Assembly: GCA_038140435.1 (NCBI GenBank)
Contig: JAYQGE010000001.1
Coordinates: 16,228 to 80,227 of the forward strand
Reading direction: 5' to 3'
Length of the DNA stretch: 64,000 nucleotides
Origin: Rhodospirillaceae bacterium
Lineage (GTDB): Bacteria > Pseudomonadota > Alphaproteobacteria > UBA6615
The notes below the pieces were generated by a model, which made no database searches, was not told the origin of the DNA, and was given only the letters and a program-made list of their open reading frames with translations. The translations under genes were made by a program, and so were the position numbers. Positions 20,216 through 30,215 of the stretch are shown one piece after another (the stretch's first letter is position 1; each line of letters opens with the position of its first letter).

Positions 20216-21494
20216 CGGCAAGGACCTGACGGTCACGGTGGACGCGCTCGGCCCGCGCGGCGACGGCATCGCCGCGAGCGACGCAGGCCGGCTCTACATT
20301 GCGGGCGCGCTCCCCGGCGAGACGGTGCGGGCGCGCACCCTGGGCAAGCGGGGCGAGGGGCACGCCGCGAAGCTGGTCGAGGTGGTGACGCCGTCGGGCG
20401 ACCGGGTGCCGCCACCCTGCCGCCACTTCGAGGCCTGCGGCGGGTGCAGCGTCCAGCATTTCGCGATGGAGGCCTACCACGCCTGGAAGCGTGATCTGGT
20501 GGCGACGGCGATCGCCCGTGTCGGCCTCGATCCCGGGGTGGTTGCGCCGCTGGTCCCGACCGCGACGGACGGCCGCCGCCGGGCGACGTTTGCGGCCTTC
20601 CGCCCGCGCGCCAAGGGATCGAAGACCTTCTTCGGGTTTCACGGGCGGGCCAGCCGGCACGTGGTCGAGATCGAGGAATGCCTGATCCTGTGCCCGGAGC
20701 TCATGGCGCTGGTGTCGGCTCTACGCACACTCCTGGGCGCGCTCGTGCCGCCCGGCGCCCGCTGGGACGTGGCGGTGACCCTCGCCGACAACGGGGCCGA
20801 CCTGCTGATCGCGGCGAACCATGATCCCGGACCCGACGCGAGCATGGCGCTCGCGATGTTCGCCGAGGAGCGCGGGTTCGCCCGGATCGCGTGGCGCAAC
20901 GAAAGCCACGATGCCGTCGAGCCGGTTGCGCTCCGCGAGACGCCGGTCCTCGAGGTCTCGGGCGTACCCGTGGAGATACCGCCGGGCGTGTTCCTGCAGG
21001 CGAGCGCCGAGGCCGAGCGCATTCTGTCCAAGCTGGTGGTCGATGCCGTCGCCGGTTCGCGCTTGGCCGATCTCTACTGCGGGGTCGGCACCTTCGCGCT
21101 GCCGCTCGCGGCCGCCGGCGCGAACGTGCTCGCGGTGGACGGCGATGCCGATGCCGTAGGTGCGCTTGCCCGCGCGGCGGGAACGGCCGGGTTCGGCGGG
21201 CAGGTCACGACCGAGGCGCGCGATCTTGTGCGGCGGCCGCTCGCGGCGGCGGAGCTCAAGGGGATGGAGACGATCGTCTTCGATCCGCCGCGCGCGGGCG
21301 CGCCGGCCCAGGCCGAGGAGATCGCGCAATCGGGTGCGTCGCACGTCGTCGCCGTGTCGTGCAACCCGACGACGTTTGCCCGCGACGCGCGGACGCTGGC
21401 TGATGCCGGGTTCACCCTCGAACGGGTGACGCCGGTCGACCAGTTCGTCTGGACCGGCCATGTGGAACTGGTCGGGGTGTTCTCCACACAATAA
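20205..21494 (+). CDS. RumA/RlmD-family 23S rRNA (uracil-5-)-methyltransferase (TRAM + [4Fe-4S] + SAM MTase)
   Basis: TRAM domain at the N-terminus, Cys cluster (C..CGGC), SAM motif (DLYCGVGTF), catalytic region (..VSCNP..). Overlaps the tlyA 3' end by 11 nt. Confidence 0.8.
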   Translation: MTDSGKDLTVTVDALGPRGDGIAASDAGRLYIAGALPGETVRARTLGKRGEGHAAKLVEVVTPSGDRVPPPCRHFEACGGCSVQHFAMEAYHAWKRDLVATAIARVGLDPGVVAPLVPTATDGRRRATFAAFRPRAKGSKTFFGFHGRASRHVVEIEECLILCPELMALVSALRTLLGALVPPGARWDVAVTLADNGADLLIAANHDPGPDASMALAMFAEERGFARIAWRNESHDAVEPVALRETPVLEVSGVPVEIPPGVFLQASAEAERILSKLVVDAVAGSRLADLYCGVGTFALPLAAAGANVLAVDGDADAVGALARAAGTAGFGGQVTTEARDLVRRPLAAAELKGMETIVFDPPRAGAPAQAEEIAQSGASHVVAVSCNPTTFARDARTLADAGFTLERVTPVDQFVWTGHVELVGVFSTQ

Positions 21495-21496
21495 TC

Positions 21497-21571
21497 GTCA
21501 TGTCCGGACTTGATCCGGGCATCTCTTCTGACACCGAGGCGAGATACGCGGGTCAAGCCCGCGTATGACGT
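21497..21571. repeat. 75-bp double-hairpin dispersed repeat (REP/MITE-like), copy 2
   Basis: Same element as 19346..19420 (4 mismatches), directly abutting the rlmD stop and lying between convergent genes. Confidence 0.8.
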
Positions 21572-21586
21572 TACATTGAAGGGCCG

Positions 21587-22543
21587 CTAGAACAGCGGGT
21601 GATTCGCCGTCACCATCGCGGCCTGCAGGAGCGAGGCCCCCAGGGCGACGATCAGGACGCCGCCGCAGAAGGCGATGCCGTCGAGCATCAGGGCGAAGGA
21701 TCCCGAGCTCTGGGGCCAGCGTTCCGCGGCGCGCAGGGTCGCCTTGCGGGCGTAGATCGAGGCGAGCGCGATCGCGGATACCGTAAGCGCGGTCCCGACG
21801 GACATCGCGAACACCGCGGCCCAGGCGGTGAACCGCAACCCCAGCACGTTCGCCAGGATCAGGACCAGGATGGCGCCGGTACACGGGCGCAGGCCGATTG
21901 AGAAGATCACGGCGGCCAACGCCCCGAGCGAGCCCTTGTCGGCCACGTGGGCGGCATCGGGCGCGTGGACATGCCCGCAGGTCCCGCAGGCGTCCGCCGC
22001 GTTGGGATCGCGGGCCCGGCGGACCAGCCGGCGCGCGGTCACGCCCGCGAGGATGAGGCCGAGCACGAGCACCAGCGCGTAGCTGGTCATCTCGAGTTGG
22101 GACGCAATCCCGGTCGCCTCGCGCAGGCTTGCGCCGATGATCGCCAGCACGACCTCGATGATGACTATGGCCGTGACGCCTTGCATCAGCGCGGCGAGGA
22201 CGGACAGCGCCAGCGAGCGCCGGACGGCGTCCTCGTGGGTCAGCACGTAGGTCGAAATCACCAGCTTGCCGTGTCCGGGACCCGCAGCGTGCAGGACGCC
22301 GTAGGCGAAACTCAGGCCAATCAGGGCTCCCGCGGCCTCCACACCGTTCTCCGCCACGAGGCGGGTCGCCGCGGCGAGCCCCTCCTGCAGGTCGCGCTGC
22401 ATGGCCTGGATGTCAGCAAGGATCAGACGCCAGGTATCGTTGAACAGGAAGACGAGGATCAGCCAGAGCGCGACGATCCCCAATGCCAGCAGCAGGGGGA
22501 CCGCCAGGTCCCGCAAGGCCGGACGACCGGTCGTCAGTTGCAT
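21587..22543 (-). CDS. NicO/RcnA-like nickel/cobalt transporter family membrane protein
   Basis: Multi-TM protein with HAAGPGHGK metal-binding signature and a His/Cys/Asp-rich loop (CGTCGHVHAPDAAH). Overlaps the upstream DUF1007 gene by 10 nt. Confidence 0.7.
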   Translation of the reverse strand: MQLTTGRPALRDLAVPLLLALGIVALWLILVFLFNDTWRLILADIQAMQRDLQEGLAAATRLVAENGVEAAGALIGLSFAYGVLHAAGPGHGKLVISTYVLTHEDAVRRSLALSVLAALMQGVTAIVIIEVVLAIIGASLREATGIASQLEMTSYALVLVLGLILAGVTARRLVRRARDPNAADACGTCGHVHAPDAAHVADKGSLGALAAVIFSIGLRPCTGAILVLILANVLGLRFTAWAAVFAMSVGTALTVSAIALASIYARKATLRAAERWPQSSGSFALMLDGIAFCGGVLIVALGASLLQAAMVTANHPLF

Positions 22544-23214
22544 GCGATGCGCACGCGCTGCGCAAACATCTCCCCGAGGGTCTCGGGGCCGGCCGCGGCG
22601 CGGTCGAGCGACTGTGCCAGCGTGATCGCCTCGGCAGTGGGGTTCGGTTCCTCGAGCTGCGCGCTGCAGCCCGCCGGAGCGGCGGCCTCGAGGTTCGCCT
22701 TGGCGGGGTCGGTGTAGGCGATCTCGATATAGTAGGTCGGATCGAAGACGGCGTAGGACAGAGAGGTCGTACGCGGATCCACCGGCTCGGCGAAGGTCAC
22801 GACAAACCGCATCCAGAGATTGTCCTCGATAAGGCCGGCATCGAAGGTCTCGACCGGGCCGAGCGGCACCTTGGCGCCGCCAGCGCGGATATCGGTGAAG
22901 AAGTCATACGGCCGGAGCTTCTGAAGGTTCGTGCCGATCATCCGGACCAGCCCCTCCTGGTCGACGCCGTCGTCGGTGCGCTTATCCTCGATCGCGAAGA
23001 CTGTATAGAAGGGATCGAAAATCCAGGCGATGTCGATACCCGTGACCCGGCCAGCATCATCATATATCGGCTTCGTCTCGAGATCGATCCAGACATGGGG
23101 GTGCGCGGCGGCTGGGCCGTCGGCGACCACCAGTCCCAATGTCAGCGCGAGCGCGCCGAGGAATCCCGAAAACTTACGCAACCCGAATCGCCGGCCGGGG
23201 TTCGATCCGCGCAT
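22534..23214 (-). CDS. DUF1007-family periplasmic protein (partner of the NicO-like transporter)
   Basis: Signal peptide, then the HPHVWID signature that begins DUF1007 proteins. Conserved pairing with NicO-type permeases. Confidence 0.75.
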   Translation of the reverse strand: MRGSNPGRRFGLRKFSGFLGALALTLGLVVADGPAAAHPHVWIDLETKPIYDDAGRVTGIDIAWIFDPFYTVFAIEDKRTDDGVDQEGLVRMIGTNLQKLRPYDFFTDIRAGGAKVPLGPVETFDAGLIEDNLWMRFVVTFAEPVDPRTTSLSYAVFDPTYYIEIAYTDPAKANLEAAAPAGCSAQLEEPNPTAEAITLAQSLDRAAAGPETLGEMFAQRVRIACN

Positions 23215-23301
23215 CCTACATGGGGCCGTCGTGGCCGCGGAACAACTTCGCGCGACTTGTGAACCGCAATTGGGTCGGTATTGAGGCGGTGGGCTTGTTT
23301 C

Positions 23302-23940
23302 CTACTCCGCCGCCTTCTTGTCGTGCAGGCCCGGGTCGGGCAGGCGGTTCATGCCGAAATACTCCTCGTTCGGCAGCATCCCGAGGCCGTGGGTCATCCG
23401 ATTCGTGTAGTTGAAGTAGGCCGTCGTGTCGGTGATCTCGAACACGTCCTCGGGCGTGAAGCCCGCGTCGAACAGGAGCTGGCGGTCGGCATCGCCGGTC
23501 TGGGCCGGGTTCGACGTCAGCTTCCATGCATAGTCGAGCATCGCGCGCTGCCGGTCGGTCAGGTTCGCCTCGCGGTAGTTCACCATCAGGATGTCGCCCA
23601 GCACCGGGTCGTCGGAGAGCTCGCGCACGGCCTGGCTGTGGGACGTAATGCAATAGACGCAGTGATTGTGCGACGACACCACGACGGCGATCATCTCTCG
23701 CTCCAGGCGCGAAAGCCGCGCGTCCTCGCCCAGCATCAGTTCGTTGTACTTGGCGATGAAGGTGCGGAGCTTTTCGGGCCGGAGGGCGAACGCACGGATT
23801 ACGTTCGGCACCAGGCCGAGCTTCTCCTGGCAGATTCGCATGTACTTCTGAAGGTCCTCCGGCAGCCCGCCGGGGTCGGGGACCGGCAGCTTCGAGATGT
23901 GCTGCAACTGATCGGGGGTTTCGCGCTTCTTCTTGGCCAT
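23302..23940 (-). CDS. peroxidase-related enzyme, carboxymuconolactone decarboxylase / AhpD-like family
   Basis: AhpD-like CxxxH core (HNHCVYCITSH), 212 aa. Confidence 0.7.
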   Translation of the reverse strand: MAKKKRETPDQLQHISKLPVPDPGGLPEDLQKYMRICQEKLGLVPNVIRAFALRPEKLRTFIAKYNELMLGEDARLSRLEREMIAVVVSSHNHCVYCITSHSQAVRELSDDPVLGDILMVNYREANLTDRQRAMLDYAWKLTSNPAQTGDADRQLLFDAGFTPEDVFEITDTTAYFNYTNRMTHGLGMLPNEEYFGMNRLPDPGLHDKKAAE

Positions 23941-24127
23941 GGGTCTCTCCGCTTCGGGTTTCGGCGAGTATAGGCGCGACCCAACTGCTCGTCATGCCCG
24001 CGCCCGCCTTTGCGCTTTGCGCTACGGCGGACAAACAAGCGGGCATCCATTGACACCGAACTCTGCCATCGCGCCTTCGGTGATCATGGGTTCCCGCCTT
24101 CGCGGGAACGACGACTTCAGTTGGCTT

Positions 24128-25240
24128 CTACTGCGCCAGCGGCGCCCGGGACTCGAAGGTCCCGATCTGGGCGCGGTGGCGCAGCAGGTGATCCGCGATC
24201 ACGCAGGCCATCATCGCCTCGCCGACGGGTACGGCGCGGATGCCCACGCAAGGATCGTGGCGGCCCTTTGTCGAGACCTCGGTGTCTTCGCCGTCGCGGC
24301 TGACGGTGTCGCGCGGCGTCAGGATCGAGCTCGTGGGCTTCACCGCGAAGCGAATCACCAGGTCCTGGCCCGTGGTGATGCCGCCGAGCACGCCGCCGGC
24401 GTTGTTGGAGCCGAATCTGACGTCCTTGCCGTCCATCCGCATCTCGTCGGCGTTTTCCGCGCCGGTGAGTGCCGCGGCGCCCATGCCGGCGCCGATTTCG
24501 ACACCCTTCACCGCGTTGATGGTCATCATGGCCGCGGCGAGATCGGAATCGATCTTGCCGTAGATAGGTTCGCCGAGGCCGACGGGCACGCCCTCGGCGA
24601 CGACCTCGATCACCGCGCCGACCGACGAACCGGCCTTGCGGATCCCGTCGAGATAGCTTTCCCACGGTTCCACCATCGCCGGGTCGGGGCACCAGAAGGG
24701 GTTATCCCCGGTCGTATCCCAGTCCCAGTTGGCGCGGTCGATCGCCATGGTGCCGACCTGCACCAGCGCGCCGCGGACCGTGATGCCGCCGGGCAGGAGA
24801 TGTTCGATCACCTTGCGGGCGAGCGCGCCCGCGGCCACGCGGCTCGCGGTCTCGCGCGCCGACGAGCGGCCGCCGCCGCGATAGTCGCGGATACCGTACT
24901 TGGCGTCGTAGGTGTAGTCGGCGTGGCCCGGGCGGTACTTGCGCGCGATCCCGGAATAGTCCTTCGAGCGGGCATCCACATTCTCGATCATCATCGAGAC
25001 GGGCGCGCCGGTCGTCTCGCCCTCGAAGACGCCGGAGAGGATTTTCACTGCGTCGGGTTCCTGGCGCTGGGTCGTGAAGCGCGACTGGCCGGGGCGACGT
25101 TTGTCCAGCCAGCCCTGGATGTCGGCCTCGGCGAAAGGCACGCGCGGCGGCACGCCGTCGACGACGACGCCGATGGCGGGCCCGTGGCTCTCGCCCCAGG
25201 TTGTGAACCGGAAAATCTGGCCGAAGCTGTTGCCGGCCAT
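24128..25240 (-). CDS. aroC: chorismate synthase
   Basis: [26 protein letters not shown].. is the canonical AroC N-terminus. 370 aa. Confidence 0.95.
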   Translation of the reverse strand: MAGNSFGQIFRFTTWGESHGPAIGVVVDGVPPRVPFAEADIQGWLDKRRPGQSRFTTQRQEPDAVKILSGVFEGETTGAPVSMMIENVDARSKDYSGIARKYRPGHADYTYDAKYGIRDYRGGGRSSARETASRVAAGALARKVIEHLLPGGITVRGALVQVGTMAIDRANWDWDTTGDNPFWCPDPAMVEPWESYLDGIRKAGSSVGAVIEVVAEGVPVGLGEPIYGKIDSDLAAAMMTINAVKGVEIGAGMGAAALTGAENADEMRMDGKDVRFGSNNAGGVLGGITTGQDLVIRFAVKPTSSILTPRDTVSRDGEDTEVSTKGRHDPCVGIRAVPVGEAMMACVIADHLLRHRAQIGTFESRAPLAQ

Positions 25241-25271
25241 GGTGCTGCTCCTTCGTCCTTCGAAAGGCCGG

Positions 25272-26114
25272 TTACGCGTCGTCGGGCTTCAGGCCCGAGA
25301 GCAGTTCCGCGACCCCGGCCGCCTCGTCGACCGCGACCATGCCGACCACGTTGTAGCCGCTGTCCACGTGATGAATCTCGCCCGTAACGCCCGCGCCGAG
25401 ATCGCTCAGCAGGTAAAGCCCCGCGCCGCCCACCTGGTCGATGGTGACGTTGCGCTTGAGGGGCGCATTCAGCTCGTTCCACTTGAGGATGTAGCGGAAG
25501 TCGCCGATGCCGCTCGCTGCCAGGGTCTTGATCGGGCCCGCCGAGATCGCGTTGACACGGATGCCCGCGCCGCCGAGATCGACCGCGAGGTAGCGTACGC
25601 TGGTCTCGAGCGCCGCCTTCGCGACGCCCATGACGTTGTAGTGAGGCATGACGCGCTCTGCGCCGAAGTAGGTAAGGGTCAGCAGGCTGCCACCGTCGGG
25701 CATCATCGCCGACGCGCGCTTGCAGACGTCCGTGAAGGAGAAGCAGGAGATATCGAGGGAGCGCAGGAAATTCTCCCGGCTGGTGTCGACATACTGGCCC
25801 TTGAGCTCGTCCTTGTCGGAATAGGCGATCGCGTGGACGACGAAGTCGAGCTTGCCCCAGCTCTTGCCGATCTCGTCGAAGACCGCGTCCATGCTCGCCG
25901 CGTCGGTGACGTCGCAGGGCAGCACCAGCGAACCGCCGATCGATTCCGCGAGCGGGCGCACGCGCTTCTCCAGCGCCTCGCCCTGGAAGGTGAACGCCAG
26001 TTCCGCGCCGTGGTCGGCCGCCATCTTGGCGATGCCCCAGGCGATGGACCGGTCGTTCGCGACCCCCATGATGAGGCCGCGCTTGCCGGCCATCAGTTGC
26101 GGTGCAGCGGTCAT
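25272..26114 (-). CDS. fabI: enoyl-[acyl-carrier-protein] reductase (NADH), FabI
   Basis: ..[20 protein letters not shown].., catalytic Y..K region, SDR fold. The start may instead be the internal Met at 26093. Confidence 0.9.
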   Translation of the reverse strand: MTAAPQLMAGKRGLIMGVANDRSIAWGIAKMAADHGAELAFTFQGEALEKRVRPLAESIGGSLVLPCDVTDAASMDAVFDEIGKSWGKLDFVVHAIAYSDKDELKGQYVDTSRENFLRSLDISCFSFTDVCKRASAMMPDGGSLLTLTYFGAERVMPHYNVMGVAKAALETSVRYLAVDLGGAGIRVNAISAGPIKTLAASGIGDFRYILKWNELNAPLKRNVTIDQVGGAGLYLLSDLGAGVTGEIHHVDSGYNVVGMVAVDEAAGVAELLSGLKPDDA

Positions 26115-26257
26115 GAAAACCCCGTTGATCCTGCTCGTGCCCCGTGTGGCGTCATCCTACACCAACCCGATGGCGCGGCAAGGCCCACCGACGATTCGCG
26201 GCGGATGGCTTTTTGTCTTTGTTCTGATAGGGTTAGCCGCTTCGCGAGAGGGCAGGC

Positions 26258-27364
26258 ATGGACGAGAAACGACTCAGACGGCTGGCGGACGAGCTTCAGT
26301 TCGCGCGGACGGTGGTCCGGCGGTTTTCCAAGGACCGGGTCCTCGTGGCCGCCGCGTCGCTCAGCTACACCTCGCTGCTGGCGATCGTGCCCCTGTTCGC
26401 GATCGCGTTTTCCGTGATGATGGCCTTTCCGGTCTTCGACGGCATGACCCAGCAGCTGCTGTCCATCGTGCTCAGTTACACCGCCCCCCATGTCGGCGGC
26501 GAGCTCGAGACCTATGTGGACCGGTTCGTGTCCAACACCAGCGAGCTGACCACCCTCGGCGTCGTCTGGCTGGCGGTGACGGCGGTGATGCTCCTGTCCA
26601 CCATCGAGGCGGCGTTCAACGCGATCTGGCGGATCGAGAAGTCGCGCCCGCTCGGCATGCGGCTGATCGCCTACTGGACGACGCTGACGCTCGGCCCGCT
26701 GCTGCTCGGCACGGGGCTGTCGGTCAGCACCGCGTTTGCGATGAACAGCTTCATGCCGCTCGGGCTCGATTTCGGCGTGGTCCGGAACTTCTTCCTGCGG
26801 ATGCTGCCGTTCCTGTTCGCCGTCGGCGGGTTCGCGATTCTCTACCTGGCGTTGCCCAATCGTCGGGTCGGGGTGCGCTACGCACTGCTCGGGGCGCTGG
26901 TCGCGGGGATCCTGTTCGAGGCGCTGAAGGCGCTGTTCGGTGTCTATATCCAGAACGCCGGCACCTTCGAGAGCGTCTACGGATCGCTCGCCGCCCTGCC
27001 GGTCTTCCTGATCTGGATGTACCTGGTCTGGGCGGTGGTCTTGTTCGGCGCGATCGTCGCCGCGACCCGACCCGAATGGGTGGCCGCGCGCCGGGCCGAG
27101 GAATTCGGGCCACTCACGCCTTCGCGCGCGCTTTTGCGTGCCCTCCAGACCATCGGCTGCCTGCTGGCGGCGTCGCGGACCAGCACGCCGGTAGGCGAAG
27201 ACCGGCTACTCGACGTCACCGGAGGCGACGGTGCGGGGCTGGGACTGGTGCTTGCACGGCTGCAGGACTCCGGTTTTGTTGCCCGCACCGACGACGACCG
27301 GCCCGTGCTGATCCGCGACCTCGACGGGGTGAGCGTAGCGGACCTGTACCTCGCGCTTGGCTAA
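26258..27364 (+). CDS. YihY/BrkB-family inner-membrane protein; in-frame TAA followed by a 57-codon coding-like extension to 27538
   Basis: Six-TM YihY core (..LSYTSLLAIVPLFAI.., ..LPVFLIWMYLVWAVVLFGA..). See findings for the extension. Confidence 0.8.
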   Translation: MDEKRLRRLADELQFARTVVRRFSKDRVLVAAASLSYTSLLAIVPLFAIAFSVMMAFPVFDGMTQQLLSIVLSYTAPHVGGELETYVDRFVSNTSELTTLGVVWLAVTAVMLLSTIEAAFNAIWRIEKSRPLGMRLIAYWTTLTLGPLLLGTGLSVSTAFAMNSFMPLGLDFGVVRNFFLRMLPFLFAVGGFAILYLALPNRRVGVRYALLGALVAGILFEALKALFGVYIQNAGTFESVYGSLAALPVFLIWMYLVWAVVLFGAIVAATRPEWVAARRAEEFGPLTPSRALLRALQTIGCLLAASRTSTPVGEDRLLDVTGGDGAGLGLVLARLQDSGFVARTDDDRPVLIRDLDGVSVADLYLALG

Positions 27365-27547
27365 GGTCCCGGCGCCCCCTTCCTCGACGAGGACGAGGAT
27401 TCCCGCTGGACCGAGCCGCTGGCCGCGCTCATCGACGCCTACAACAGGGCGCGCGACGAGACGATGGGTGCGCTTGTGAAAGACCTGATCGCCGGCGCGG
27501 CCGATGCCGGCCCGCGGGTGGTCAGTGACCGCGGCTGAACCGAACCC

Positions 27548-28336
27548 GTGACCGACGAACACTATGGCGGTGACGATGTCGCCGGGCGCGTCCTGGGTGC
27601 TCTCGATCCGGCCCGCGCGGACCGGTTGGCGGCGCTCGACCAGTTTCATGTCGGCGGTGTCGCGGCGTCGCACCGCCTGGCCGAACGCGCGGAGATCGCC
27701 GCGGGTCAGCATGTTCTCGACCTGGGGTCCGGCCTCGGCGGCCCTGCGCGGCTGCTCGCGCGCGAGTTCGCGGCGGACGTCACGGGGATCGACCTGACCC
27801 CCGGATTTTGCCGGATCGCCCGGGTCCTGTCGGAGCATTCGAGCATGGTTGATCAGACGCACTTCTGCGCGGCCGATGCACTCTCCCTGCCATTCGCCGA
27901 CGGCGTGTTCGACCTTGTCTGGACCGAGCATGTGGCGATGAACATTGCCGACCGCGACGCGCTCTACCGTGAGCTTCTGCGCGTGGCCCGGCCTGGCGGC
28001 CGGCTGGCCCTCTACGACATCGCGGCCGGCGCGGACCCGGCGTCGCTCGTCTATCCCGTGCCCTGGGCGTCCGACCCGGCGCACAGCCACCTGGTCGCGG
28101 CGGACGAGCTTCGACGGGTGGTCGCCGATGCCGGCTGGCGCGAGGTCAGCGTCCATGACGAGACGCGGACGGCGCGGGACTGGCTCGCCGGGGCAAAGCC
28201 GCCAGGTGACACTGGCGGACCCACCCTGCGCGACGTCATGGGCGCCGATTTCCCGCAGATGATCGGGAACCTGCGCGCGAATTTCGAGGCCGGACGGCTG
28301 ACCGCGATCCAGGCGGTCTTTGAAAAACATCCGTGA
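27548..28336 (+). CDS. class I SAM-dependent methyltransferase (Methyltransf_11-like)
   Basis: Motif I VLDLGSGLGGPARLLA; post-I acidic; LKPGGRL-like (ARPGGRLALYD). Confidence 0.7.
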   Translation: MTDEHYGGDDVAGRVLGALDPARADRLAALDQFHVGGVAASHRLAERAEIAAGQHVLDLGSGLGGPARLLAREFAADVTGIDLTPGFCRIARVLSEHSSMVDQTHFCAADALSLPFADGVFDLVWTEHVAMNIADRDALYRELLRVARPGGRLALYDIAAGADPASLVYPVPWASDPAHSHLVAADELRRVVADAGWREVSVHDETRTARDWLAGAKPPGDTGGPTLRDVMGADFPQMIGNLRANFEAGRLTAIQAVFEKHP

Positions 28337-28387
28337 TCGATATGATGCGCGCCTTGACCCCAGCGAGTTCGAGAGCAGATTCCGGCC

Positions 28388-28969
28388 ATGTCCGATCGCG
28401 ATCCGTTTGAAGAGTTCACCGCCTGGTTCGACGCGGCCGTCGCGGCGGAGCCGGCGCTGCCCGAAGCGATGACGCTGGCGACCGTTTCGCCCGAGGGGCA
28501 GCCATCCACACGCATGGTGCTGCTCAAGGCCCACGACGCGCGCGGCTTCGTGTTCTATACGAATTTCGACAGTGCCAAGGGGCGGGATCTGTTGGCCAAC
28601 CCCAACGCATCCCTGTGCTTCCACTGGAAGTCGCTGGGCCGCCAGGTGCGCATCGACGGCACGGTGTCGCCCGTCGACGACGCCGAGGCGGACGCCTACT
28701 TCGCGAGCCGTCCGAGGGGCAGCCAGATCGGCGCCTGGGCGTCCGAGCAGTCCGCACCGCTGGAATCCCGCGCGGCCCTCGAGGCGCGGGTCACGGCGCT
28801 CGAGGCCGAGCACGCCGGCGGCGACGTGCCGCGTCCGCCCCACTGGTCGGGGTTTCGGCTGGCGCCCGCTCGCATCGAGTTCTGGCAGGATCGTCCCGAC
28901 CGGCTGCATGACCGCCTGGTTTTCGAGCGCGACGGCGTCGGCTGGCGCGAGACCCGCCTGCAACCCTAG
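28388..28969 (+). CDS. pdxH: pyridoxamine 5'-phosphate oxidase
   Basis: ..[38 protein letters not shown].. and the C-terminal [19 protein letters not shown].. signature. Confidence 0.9.
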   Translation: MSDRDPFEEFTAWFDAAVAAEPALPEAMTLATVSPEGQPSTRMVLLKAHDARGFVFYTNFDSAKGRDLLANPNASLCFHWKSLGRQVRIDGTVSPVDDAEADAYFASRPRGSQIGAWASEQSAPLESRAALEARVTALEAEHAGGDVPRPPHWSGFRLAPARIEFWQDRPDRLHDRLVFERDGVGWRETRLQP

Positions 28970-29079
28970 TTCGGCATGCGGGCGGCAGCGGGTCGATTGA
29001 TCCATGCCAATTCCGTTCCGTCATGAAACTGTCATTCTCCTGCCGTCGGGCACCGGAACGGCGGTGCGCATGGAGGATG

Positions 29080-29343
29080 AAGATGCTGACACGCGAAGAC
29101 TGCCTCGCCCTGTGCGAGTTGACGGAATCCGAAGTTGCTGCGATTGCAGAGCACGAGCATGTGCCCGAGTTGATCGCGATGGAGATGGGCCAGTATCTCT
29201 GCCACACGCCCGAGGGTGAGGCACGCATCGAACGGATGATCGTCGAGGACATCAAGGTTGCGCGTTCCAACGGGAACATCGCGCACATGTCCAAGCTCGT
29301 GGGCGTCCTGCGACACTTCGTCGAAAACCATCCACACAAGTGA
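29080..29343 (+). CDS. small hypothetical protein (87 aa)
   Basis: ATG preceded by GGAGGA. No recognisable family. First gene of a same-strand run: small ORF, SDR, cupin, cupin. Confidence 0.35.
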   Translation, partial: KMLTREDCLALCELTESEVAAIAEHEHVPELIAMEMGQYLCHTPEGEARIERMIVEDIKVARSNGNIAHMSKLVGVLRHFVENHPHK

Positions 29344-29403
29344 TCGGTGGCGTTCGCGCCCGTCCGCTTTTCATTGCCGCCGGGGTATATTACCTAGGAC
29401 GGC

Positions 29404-30189
29404 ATGAATGAGAGCCGCCGCAGCCTGATCCTGACCGGAGCCAGCCGAGGTATCGGTCATGCGACCGTGAAGCGCTTCTCGGACGAAGGCTGGCAGATCA
29501 TCACCTGTTCGCGTGACCCGGTCCCCGCCCATTGCGAACGCGACCCCAACTGGACGTCGCACATTCCCACGGACCTGAGCGATCCGGACGATGTCGCGCG
29601 CTTCATCGACGAGGCCAACGCGCTTCTCGGCGACGCACCGCTCAACGCGCTCGTCAACAATGCCGCGGTCTCGCCGAAGGCGGATTTCCAGGAACGGCTC
29701 GGCTGCCTGAACGGCCCGATCGAGAACTGGCGCGAGGTGTTCCAGCTCAACTTCTTCACGCCGCTGGTCCTGGCCCGCGGTTTCGCGCCGGCGCTGGCGC
29801 GCGCCGGCCGGATCGACGAGGACGACCCGGACGCGGCCGACAAGCAGGGGCGCGCTGCCATCGTCAACATCACCTCGATCGCCGGCCACGCCATCCACCC
29901 GTTTGCGGGGTCGGCCTATTCGACGTCGAAGGCCGCCCTGTCGGCGCTGACCCGGGAGATGGCGGTCGAGTTCGCCGACCTGGGGGTCCGCGTGAACGCG
30001 GTCGCGCCGGGCGAGATCGAAACCGAGATGGTCGGCGACGAGTACGAGCCGCTGGTAAACCGAATTCCGATGCACCGGATGGGCACGGCCGACGAGGTCG
30101 CGTCCGCGGTGTTCCAGCTCTGCAATCCGGATTTCTCCTACGTGACCGGCACCGAGATTTTCATCACGGGCGGTCAGCATCTCTATTGA
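29404..30189 (+). CDS. SDR-family oxidoreductase
   Basis: TGASRGIGHA glycine-rich motif, NNAA, catalytic YSTSK. Confidence 0.85.
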   Translation: MNESRRSLILTGASRGIGHATVKRFSDEGWQIITCSRDPVPAHCERDPNWTSHIPTDLSDPDDVARFIDEANALLGDAPLNALVNNAAVSPKADFQERLGCLNGPIENWREVFQLNFFTPLVLARGFAPALARAGRIDEDDPDAADKQGRAAIVNITSIAGHAIHPFAGSAYSTSKAALSALTREMAVEFADLGVRVNAVAPGEIETEMVGDEYEPLVNRIPMHRMGTADEVASAVFQLCNPDFSYVTGTEIFITGGQHLY

Positions 30190-30215
30190 TCCAACCTGAA
30201 GCAGGAGTCGCTGTC

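Noticed and set aside
24088-24112. GTTCCCGCcttcGCGGGAAC hairpin downstream of aroC as an intrinsic terminator
   Set aside because: No U-tract follows on the aroC strand. It may be a stability hairpin, but there is insufficient support to call a terminator.
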